A stretch of 64,000 nucleotides of DNA from an uncultured Gammaproteobacteria bacterium. Its GTDB lineage: Bacteria; Patescibacteriota; Microgenomatia; UBA10105; UBA927. The stretch is from positions 64,040 through 128,039 of the forward strand of contig CAYMYO010000001.1 of NCBI GenBank assembly GCA_964394685.1, written 5' to 3'. The notes beneath the pieces were generated by a model. The model was given only the letters and a program-made list of their open reading frames with translations, did no database searches and had not been told where the DNA came from. A program made the translations under genes and the position numbers. Below are positions 41,895 through 50,213 of the stretch, piece after piece. Position 1 is the first letter of the stretch; every line of letters starts with the position of its first letter.

Positions 41895-42829
41895 AAATTC
41901 GTAATAGTTTTCCTCATCACTTACGATACGACTTTGATCGCACCGCTGAAGAAATTTGGGATATTTTTACTTTAACGAAACGTTTAAAAAAGAAACTTCA
42001 AGAAGGTAAACCACATGAATTGTTAAAAGGAAAATCACTCGCCATGATTTTTGCAAAACCATCAACTCGAACGCGTGTGAGTTTTGAGGTTGGAATGACG
42101 CAGTTAGGTGGTCACGCGCTATTTCTTGGCCCCAATGATCTCCAACTATCTCGAGGTGAAACCATCGGTGACACTGCTCGAGTACTCTCCCGATATGTTG
42201 ACGGTATTATGGCGCGTGTATTTGCTCAAAAGGAAATTGAAGAATTAGCAGCAAATGCAATAGTGCCAATAATAAACGGTTTATCCGATATGTATCACCC
42301 ATGCCAAGCATTGACGGATATTTTTACTGTTTTTGAAAAACGAGAAATATTAAAAAAACTTACCATGTGTTTTATTGGAGATGGAGATAATAATGTCACA
42401 AATTCTCTCATGCTCCTTTCCGCAAGACTTGGTATACATTTAACTGTGGCTGCTCCGAAACAATATACACCATCAAAATTTATTCTAGACATGGCGTATA
42501 CAGAGGCAAAAAAAACAGGAGCACGTATAAGCGTAACGAATGATCCAGTAGCAGCGGTCAAGTACGCTGATATCATTCATACTGATGTTTGGGTAAGTAT
42601 GGGAAGAACAGATGGCGAGATGCGCAAAAAAATACTTTTTCCCTATCAGATAAATAGATCTTTGTTAAAAAAGGCACCAGCACACGCATTGGTGATGCAT
42701 TGTTTACCGGCTCATCGGGGTGAGGAAATAACTGACGATGTTATTGATGGACCACAGTCAATTGTTTTTGATCAAGCTGAAAATCGGCTTCATGTACAAA
42801 AGGCCATAATGGCTTTATGTATGAAATGA
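41891..42829 (+). CDS. argF: Ornithine carbamoyltransferase
   Basis: FAKPSTRTRVSFE, HPCQ, TDVWVSMG, HCLP, QAENR. Confidence 0.92.
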   Translation: MKIRNSFPHHLRYDFDRTAEEIWDIFTLTKRLKKKLQEGKPHELLKGKSLAMIFAKPSTRTRVSFEVGMTQLGGHALFLGPNDLQLSRGETIGDTARVLSRYVDGIMARVFAQKEIEELAANAIVPIINGLSDMYHPCQALTDIFTVFEKREILKKLTMCFIGDGDNNVTNSLMLLSARLGIHLTVAAPKQYTPSKFILDMAYTEAKKTGARISVTNDPVAAVKYADIIHTDVWVSMGRTDGEMRKKILFPYQINRSLLKKAPAHALVMHCLPAHRGEEITDDVIDGPQSIVFDQAENRLHVQKAIMALCMK

Positions 42830-42848
42830 ATGGATTACCAATGAAATT

Positions 42849-43964
42849 ATGCAAAAAAGACGAGTGTTTATTTTTATCGGTACCACTGCTGAACTAATTA
42901 AATTGGCACCGGTTATTCAGCAGTTAAATAAACGGAAAGTCAAATTTACGGTAATTGCTTCGCGACAAAACGATATTCGTTTTGATGAATTCCTTTCTAC
43001 CATCGGTAAGTTAGATATTATCTATGCAGTTACTCCAAAAAGCGCAGATTCTTCTATATTGCAATTTATTTCATGGGGAATACGAACATTCTTTTCGTTG
43101 TTGATAGGGTTGAAGCATCAGTTTAAAGGTTTGAATAAATTGAATTCATATTTCATTGTTCACGGAGATACTGTTTCCTCGCTTATGGGGTCTTTAGTTG
43201 CCAAAACATACGGATTGACTCTTGTTCACATTGAATCTGGTTTACGATCGTTTAATTTTTGGGAACCGTTTCCTGAAGAGATATGCAGATATATAGTGTC
43301 AAAACTTGCTGATATTCATTTTTGCCCTAATGAATGGTGTGTAAATAATTTGAAACATGTAAACGGAGAAAAAATAGATACAAAACAAAATACCCTAATA
43401 GAAACATTTTTGAGTGCTGTCAAAAACGAAAGTCATAATCCGGTGGTAGATAATATACAGAAACAACATAAAAAATATTATGTGCTTGTTGTACATAGAC
43501 AAGAACATATTTTTTTTGTAATTAAACAGATGCAACAAATTCTCTCATATATTTTTCGCTCTATCCCAAAAAATCTACAATGCATTTTTTTAGTTCATGA
43601 TCAATCAACGCAATTTATTACAGCATTAGATTTGATTATCCCTAAAGAAACTAAAGACAATATGATAAAAATTGGACGTTTACCGTATGGAGATTTTATT
43701 AAATTATTGCAAGGATCAGAGTTTGTCATTACAGATGGAGGAAGCAATCAAGAAGAATTATATTATATGGGAAAACCGTGCCTCATTCTTCGGAATTACA
43801 CAGAACGTATCGAAGGATTACAACGAAATGTTGTTTTAAGCAAATTACATATGCCTGTAATAAGACATTTTTTACATAATTATGTACAATATAAGAAACC
43901 TCCCATCAAGTTCACAAAGAAACCATCATCGATAATAGTAGATTATCTATATAAACAAATATGA
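42849..43964 (+). CDS. UDP-N-acetylhexosamine 2-epimerase family (WecB/WbpI-like)
   Basis: GT.AELIKLAP, VHGDT, HIESGLRS, PFPEE, TDGG.NQEE. Confidence 0.8.
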   Translation: MQKRRVFIFIGTTAELIKLAPVIQQLNKRKVKFTVIASRQNDIRFDEFLSTIGKLDIIYAVTPKSADSSILQFISWGIRTFFSLLIGLKHQFKGLNKLNSYFIVHGDTVSSLMGSLVAKTYGLTLVHIESGLRSFNFWEPFPEEICRYIVSKLADIHFCPNEWCVNNLKHVNGEKIDTKQNTLIETFLSAVKNESHNPVVDNIQKQHKKYYVLVVHRQEHIFFVIKQMQQILSYIFRSIPKNLQCIFLVHDQSTQFITALDLIIPKETKDNMIKIGRLPYGDFIKLLQGSEFVITDGGSNQEELYYMGKPCLILRNYTERIEGLQRNVVLSKLHMPVIRHFLHNYVQYKKPPIKFTKKPSSIIVDYLYKQI

Positions 43965-45097
43965 ACATTCCTTTTAATAAACCACATCTTGCTGGAAAAG
44001 AAATGTCGTATATTCGAGATGCTCATAGGCGCAGACAACTAGCTGGGGATGGATTTTATACAAAAAAATGTCAACGATGGATGCAAGATAAGTTTGGATG
44101 TAAACAGAGCCTATTAACACATTCTGCAACAGCAGCTTTGGAGATGATAGCTATACTTTCTCAAATAAAACCCGGAGATGAAGTAATTATGCCTTCATAT
44201 ACATTCGTGAGCACCGCGAACGCATTCGTTCTTCGCGGTGGTGTTCCAGTATTTGTTGATATTCGCTATGACACAATAAATATTAATGAACAGATTATTG
44301 AACAAGCAATTACAAAAAAGACTAAAGCTATAGTTGTTGTTCATTATGCAGGAGTTGGTTGTGAAATGGATAGCATACGATCGATTGCTAAAAAACATAA
44401 TTTACTTGTACTTGAAGACGCAGCTCATGCGTTTTTAGCCAAATACAAGAATGAATTTTTGGGCACAGTAAGTGATTTGGCTGCTTTTAGTTTTCATGAG
44501 ACAAAGAACATTATATCGGGTGAAGGCGGGACTATATTTATTAATAATCCAAAATTTATTGAACGAGCAACAATAATTAGAGAAAAAGGTACAAATAGAA
44601 GTAAATTTTTTTTAGGTCTTGTAGATAAATATACGTGGGTAGATATCGGCTCTTCTTATTTACCGGGTGAAATAATTGCTTCATTTTTGATGGCTCAGCT
44701 GGAAAAAGCAACAAGCATTACAAAAAAAAGAGTTTTATTATGGAATAGGTATCATAAAGAATTGAAAGATTTAGAAGATCGCGAATTAATCCGCAGACCC
44801 ATCATGCCGAAATATATCGATCACAATGCTCATTTGTATTATATTTTGACAAAAAACAAAATACAGAGAATAGAACTTGCTCAACATCTTAAAGATAATG
44901 GTATTCTTGCGGTAACGCATTATGTTCCATTACATTCTTCTCCAGCTGGAAAAAAATTTGGCAGATATGTTGGAAGCATGAATGTTACTGATTTAGTTGC
45001 CGATACTTTGCTCCGACTACCTCTTTTTTACGACTTGCGCAGCGATGAGCAGGCAAAGGTACTTCATTGTATTCATGATTATTATAAACATATATAA
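43961..45097 (+). CDS. wecE: dTDP-4-amino-4,6-dideoxygalactose transaminase
   Basis: IPFNKP, GDG..TKKC, SFHETKN..SGEGG, REKGTNRS.F..G.VDKYTW. Confidence 0.9.
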   Translation: MNIPFNKPHLAGKEMSYIRDAHRRRQLAGDGFYTKKCQRWMQDKFGCKQSLLTHSATAALEMIAILSQIKPGDEVIMPSYTFVSTANAFVLRGGVPVFVDIRYDTININEQIIEQAITKKTKAIVVVHYAGVGCEMDSIRSIAKKHNLLVLEDAAHAFLAKYKNEFLGTVSDLAAFSFHETKNIISGEGGTIFINNPKFIERATIIREKGTNRSKFFLGLVDKYTWVDIGSSYLPGEIIASFLMAQLEKATSITKKRVLLWNRYHKELKDLEDRELIRRPIMPKYIDHNAHLYYILTKNKIQRIELAQHLKDNGILAVTHYVPLHSSPAGKKFGRYVGSMNVTDLVADTLLRLPLFYDLRSDEQAKVLHCIHDYYKHI

Positions 45098-45106
45098 TGC
45101 ATAACA

Positions 45107-46165
45107 ATGGCTTTAGTCAGCATTATTATCGCAACGTTCAATTCCGCCCGTACTCTTCCTAAAGTGCTAGAGGCAATTAACAAGCAAACATACCCGAAAA
45201 AAAATATCGAAATATTAATTATTGATGGAGGATCTACAGATAGCACTGTATCTATTGCAAAACGATATGATTGTAAAATAATTATGAATCCCAAAGTCGA
45301 GCCTAATTATGCTAAATATTTAGGACTTCAAAATGCAAAAGGGCTATATGTTCTTTATATTGATCATGATGAAGTTTTTACAAATATCGATAGTATCAAA
45401 ACAAGAGTTGATATTTTTAAAAAGCATCACAACGTTAAAGCAATAACAGGAAATGGATATAGTAATCCGCCCGGACTCCACATCATTAATCGTTATATTA
45501 ACGAATTTGGAGATCCTTTTTCTTTCTTTATCTATCGATTATCAAAGAATTCAAATTTTTTCCTACCAACTATGTACAAACGGTTTAAAGTAACATTTGA
45601 TACAGAATTATATTCTATTTTTGATCTTTCCACTTCTTCCGAAATAGCACTTATAGAATTGGGTGCCGGAGGAGGGATGATTGATAGATCATATGTAAAA
45701 AAGAGTTTTGACAACACTGTTACTCAATATCAATTAGTTCCTCATTTGTTACATCTTTTATGTCCTAAATATCCGTTTCTTGGGATTGTTAAAAACGATT
45801 CGTTATATCATTATTCATCTGACAATTTTGGAGGTTACATGCAAAAGATTATTTGGCGAATAAAAAATAATATTTTTCATACCGATACCCTAGGTGCATC
45901 TGGATTTACCGGAAGAGAAGAATTCCAGACGCCAATTTCTCGTTTAAAAAAACTTTTATTTCTTCCCTATGCATTTTCTATTTTATTTCCTTGTATAGAT
46001 GCTGCATATCTCATGGTTACTCGAAAGGATGCATCATATTGCATTCACGTTCCATTGACTGTCATAACCGCAAGTATTATCGTATATTATTATTTTTTGA
46101 AAACATTGGGAATTAAGTCGACAATGATGAGTTACGATGGATCTACAAAAGCATATGAAAAGTAA
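45107..46165 (+). CDS. GT2 glycosyltransferase with C-terminal hydrophobic segment
   Basis: IATFNS, DGGSTD, IDHDE; TATAAT 8 nt upstream. Confidence 0.8.
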   Translation: MALVSIIIATFNSARTLPKVLEAINKQTYPKKNIEILIIDGGSTDSTVSIAKRYDCKIIMNPKVEPNYAKYLGLQNAKGLYVLYIDHDEVFTNIDSIKTRVDIFKKHHNVKAITGNGYSNPPGLHIINRYINEFGDPFSFFIYRLSKNSNFFLPTMYKRFKVTFDTELYSIFDLSTSSEIALIELGAGGGMIDRSYVKKSFDNTVTQYQLVPHLLHLLCPKYPFLGIVKNDSLYHYSSDNFGGYMQKIIWRIKNNIFHTDTLGASGFTGREEFQTPISRLKKLLFLPYAFSILFPCIDAAYLMVTRKDASYCIHVPLTVITASIIVYYYFLKTLGIKSTMMSYDGSTKAYEK

Positions 46166-48293
46166 TAAAACAATCAATTTTTCTATCTTGATTGCTTTAG
46201 GTATCGCATTAGTATTATTTGTTATACCATTTTTTTGGTTAAAGCCGGGATTTGTTGATATAGGAGGAGATAGCGGAAGGCTATACTTTATCGATCCGCT
46301 TTCATTGGTGCAAAACTTGTTTCAAAGAAGAAATTTTGATGGAGCGACAGCATATGCTATTCTTCCGTACTACATATTCTGCTATTTGATATTACGAGTA
46401 ACAGGCTTTTCAACTCTAACCATTGGAGTGGACAGAGGTATATTGCTATCTCTTGCTTTTGTATCAATATATTTGATAGTTAAACAATTATTGACAGTGA
46501 ACGAAAAAAATAAAATTCGCATTGTACTTGCTGCTATTACCAGCGGAATAGTTTATATAACATTGATAACAAAATTGGGATGGTTAGCTCAACTAGACAC
46601 ACATAATCAGATATTTCTCAATCCGTTGATTTTTTATCTATTATTACGATTTTGTACAACATCAAACCCATTATATGGATTGGGTATCATTATAATTTCT
46701 TTTATATATTCAGTGAACTTTAGTTTTACCGGAATGCCACAGGTTGCATCGTTTTACCCGCTTGCTATACTTTTTCTATTTATTATTCTTCGAATTATCT
46801 ATAAAGTAGCCATACCGTGGAAGAAATTATTTATTTTACTAATAGTACTTATTGGTGTCCATTCGTATCATCTTATACCTATTGCCGCGTCCATTTTTGA
46901 TAAAAGTAGTGTTACACATTCATATATATTTAATGAAGAAACGATTCTAGCTTCCGGTGTAAAATATTTTGAAGCAAACCATAAAGATCTTGGAAAAATA
47001 AGTTTAGAACTATTTCAACCATCAGAATGGTCTAGGAAAACTATATTTATTTTAATAATTCCAATAATTGTTCTACTCGGGTTTTTGAGAAAGCCTTCAC
47101 GATTGTTAGCTATTTTAAGCGTTTTTTTTGCAATTACCTTTTATTTAGTATCCGCAAATATCACTCACATTGGAATTTATATATATAAACACCTTTTTTA
47201 TATTCCCGGGTTTATGATGTTTCGATCGTTTCAGGAGAAATGGTATTACGTCTATTCCTTCTTTTTTGCATTATTATTTGCATGTTCCTTCTATTTATTA
47301 ATAAAACCCTTGAAGCGATTCGTTGCCATCGGTATTACTATTTTTGTTATTTGTCTATCGTTGTATCGGATATATCCATTTCTGCGGGGAGATGCTATTA
47401 AAGCTCCTTTATATCAATCAAATAATGTAACTTCAGTACTAAAGTTAGATCCGGACTTAATTTCAACACTTTCATTTATTAAAACCTTACCTCAAGATGG
47501 CAAAGTAACTATATTTCCTTTGACGTTTCCGTATTTTCAGTTGTTTTATGGTAAAGAGGGTGGTGCATATATGGGAATACCAACAGTATTTCCTATAACC
47601 GGCAGAACTGATTATGCTGGTTTTTGGACGTTTGGTCCATATAAAAAGCAAATCACCGATGCATTTATTAATAGAGATATTGATCGTTTGATTCAATATT
47701 TTTCGCGACTTAACATCCGATATATTTTTTATAACTCAGATGACCGTATTTATACAAACTTTCCGTCTTTTCCCTATGAATATCCCAAAGAAGGGATTCC
47801 ATCAATTAAAGACAAAGCATCGTACGATGCTCTTCTTGAATCCCTTCCTATTCATAAAATTTACGAAAAAGGATTTTATTCCCTGTATGAAATCGATAAA
47901 GACCTCATTCAACCGCTCATATATATCGAGGGTGATGAAACCGGATCATTAACATACAAAAAAATATCACCCGTTATTTATGATATATGGGTTCAAATGA
48001 ATGAGCGAAAAACGCCATTTGTTATTGTATTTTCTGAGCCGTATCAGAAAAGTTGGACAATAGATTTCCAAAACAACAAGGAGATAATAAAAGAGCATAT
48101 CATGATAAATAATTACGCTAACGGATGGGTTATCGATCCCACAAAAGCAAAAAGTTCTGTAATCCAAGGACGTATATATTTAAAGTTTCAAAACTATTTT
48201 TATATTGGAAGTTTGATTTCAGGGGTAGCGTTTATTGTTATTGCTGTTCTTTTTATTTTATATCTAATTAAAAAACGATATGCAAAGACCTAA
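46155..48293 (+). CDS. Large GT-C membrane protein (AftD/DUF3367/YfhO-like)
   Basis: GGDSGRLYF, IPGFMMFRS..KW, C-terminal FSEPY..W..NNYANGW. Confidence 0.65.
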   Translation: MKSNKTINFSILIALGIALVLFVIPFFWLKPGFVDIGGDSGRLYFIDPLSLVQNLFQRRNFDGATAYAILPYYIFCYLILRVTGFSTLTIGVDRGILLSLAFVSIYLIVKQLLTVNEKNKIRIVLAAITSGIVYITLITKLGWLAQLDTHNQIFLNPLIFYLLLRFCTTSNPLYGLGIIIISFIYSVNFSFTGMPQVASFYPLAILFLFIILRIIYKVAIPWKKLFILLIVLIGVHSYHLIPIAASIFDKSSVTHSYIFNEETILASGVKYFEANHKDLGKISLELFQPSEWSRKTIFILIIPIIVLLGFLRKPSRLLAILSVFFAITFYLVSANITHIGIYIYKHLFYIPGFMMFRSFQEKWYYVYSFFFALLFACSFYLLIKPLKRFVAIGITIFVICLSLYRIYPFLRGDAIKAPLYQSNNVTSVLKLDPDLISTLSFIKTLPQDGKVTIFPLTFPYFQLFYGKEGGAYMGIPTVFPITGRTDYAGFWTFGPYKKQITDAFINRDIDRLIQYFSRLNIRYIFYNSDDRIYTNFPSFPYEYPKEGIPSIKDKASYDALLESLPIHKIYEKGFYSLYEIDKDLIQPLIYIEGDETGSLTYKKISPVIYDIWVQMNERKTPFVIVFSEPYQKSWTIDFQNNKEIIKEHIMINNYANGWVIDPTKAKSSVIQGRIYLKFQNYFYIGSLISGVAFIVIAVLFILYLIKKRYAKT

Positions 48294-49287
48294 ATTATTA
48301 ATAATCGGTTCCTTGTGTCTGATTTTTATCATGGCAGGAATTGTGCTGCTTGATCTTGCGGGTACATTTTCTTATTCTGATATCTCCTTTGGTTTAGCAT
48401 TTTTGATATTTTTTGTATTTATGATTATACAAAAAGGAACGAGTAAGGTTTCTTTTGTTATAGCGTTATATTTTCTTATAACCATGGGCTTATCATACAT
48501 ACAGACTGGAACGAGTGTAATAACTGAAAGGTTAGGAGAATGGTTTTATTTATTTTTTCTTGTTGGAATACTCGAGTACCTAAAAGAAGCATGGAGCATC
48601 AATGATTCTAAAAAACAAGATAGTCGTACTGATTGGAATTTTTATTATACAAATAGAATAGGAAGCAATAAGAAGATATCGTTACACACGCAACTTGATT
48701 TACATGCTAGGTGGTACAGTAATTGGCTTGCATATATACAAAAACACATTGATATTTATAGCAATTCACTTCATATGTTTGAAATAGGAAGCGGGATGGG
48801 AGGAGTGCTTACACAACTATCAACACGCGGAGTACCTATTACCGGAAGTGATATATCAAAGAAAGCAATTGAAACATATGTAGAAAAACATCCCCATGCG
48901 CCATATATATTCTATGACATTGAAAAAAAACAAATTCTCAAGAAACAATATGATAGAGTAGTATCCTTTGAGGTATTAGAACATGTTCACACTCCGTCTT
49001 TTGCAATTCGTAACATAAAAAAACTATTAAAAAAGGGAGGATATTTTGTCGGCACGACACAATATCCGTATGAACATATATGTAGCATGCCAACTCATAT
49101 TCATGTTCATGAACCAGAATATTGGAAGAATGCATTTTTAAAACAAGGATTTGTTACCGTAGAAACATATCCCATGTCTCTTCCTCCATACCTTTGGAGA
49201 ATTCATCCAAAATTAAATATTGTACTGCCTTGCTATATTCCTTTTTGGGGTTGGATATCGACGACCCTTATTATTGCACGCGTATGA
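48280..49287 (+). CDS. Membrane-anchored class I SAM methyltransferase
   Basis: About 100-aa hydrophobic N-terminus, then FEIGSGMG, FEVLEH, LKKGG. Confidence 0.75.
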   Translation: MQRPKLLIIGSLCLIFIMAGIVLLDLAGTFSYSDISFGLAFLIFFVFMIIQKGTSKVSFVIALYFLITMGLSYIQTGTSVITERLGEWFYLFFLVGILEYLKEAWSINDSKKQDSRTDWNFYYTNRIGSNKKISLHTQLDLHARWYSNWLAYIQKHIDIYSNSLHMFEIGSGMGGVLTQLSTRGVPITGSDISKKAIETYVEKHPHAPYIFYDIEKKQILKKQYDRVVSFEVLEHVHTPSFAIRNIKKLLKKGGYFVGTTQYPYEHICSMPTHIHVHEPEYWKNAFLKQGFVTVETYPMSLPPYLWRIHPKLNIVLPCYIPFWGWISTTLIIARV

Positions 49288-50213
49288 AATGTCCGGTTTG
49301 TTTTAGTACTACATGGGAAAATCTTTTTCCATCAAAGGATAGGTTATACTATTTCCCAGGTTTATTTCATACTATTTGTTGCAACAGATGTGGTATATGG
49401 AGTCTTGACCCATTTTTAGACGAACGTGAAGTACGTAAATACTATCCAAAAACGTATTATTCGTACCAAAAAAATACAAAGCCCGGTATTTTTTGGCGCT
49501 TACGCTCCTATATGATAAAAACAAGTATTTCTATGAAACTCGTTCATCGCTGTTTGAGGTCAATTATTAAAATTCCGGCGATCCCTTCATATGTAGAATA
49601 CGGTAAAATTCTTGATATCGGATGTGGTTCAGGTGATACATTATTCCAACTAAAGAATATTGGCTGGGATGTATACGGATTAGATATCGATAAGTCTGCT
49701 ATACAAGTAGCTCGTAAACGGGGATTAAAAAAGGTAACGTTTGGATCATATAAAACAATGGGTTTGTATCAGGATAACTATTTTGATGTTATTCGACTGT
49801 ATCACGTGATAGAACATTTAGATAATCCGGACGCGTTACTTGTACTTGCGTATCAAAAACTCAAAAAGGGAGGAGAATTAATTATCGGCACTCCGAATGC
49901 AAAGAGCTTCGCAGCAAAGATTTTTAAACAATATTGGTATAATCTTGATTGCCCGAGACACCTGTATGTCTTTAATCCTAAACAACTGATATCGCTTCTT
50001 AAAAGAACAGGGTTTACAAATATAAAAATATCGTTTTTTTCTGCAGGAGGGATATTGGGGTCAATTCAGTATTTTTTACATGACACGTTACGAATCAATA
50101 TTGATTTAATAAATCGACCAATGCTGCTATTTCTACTCTATCCTCTTGAGAGGATTTTAGATATATTTGGAATGGGGGATGTATTTGTAATTAGTGCAAA
50201 AAAAAGCATATGA
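49284..50213 (+). CDS. Class I SAM methyltransferase with N-terminal Zn ribbon
   Basis: CPVC...CNRCG, LDIGCGSG, HVIEHL, PRHL. Confidence 0.85.
   Translation: MKCPVCFSTTWENLFPSKDRLYYFPGLFHTICCNRCGIWSLDPFLDEREVRKYYPKTYYSYQKNTKPGIFWRLRSYMIKTSISMKLVHRCLRSIIKIPAIPSYVEYGKILDIGCGSGDTLFQLKNIGWDVYGLDIDKSAIQVARKRGLKKVTFGSYKTMGLYQDNYFDVIRLYHVIEHLDNPDALLVLAYQKLKKGGELIIGTPNAKSFAAKIFKQYWYNLDCPRHLYVFNPKQLISLLKRTGFTNIKISFFSAGGILGSIQYFLHDTLRINIDLINRPMLLFLLYPLERILDIFGMGDVFVISAKKSI

Noticed and set aside
41891-42829. Arginine biosynthesis or arginine deiminase operon
   Set aside because: No other arg or arc genes in the window
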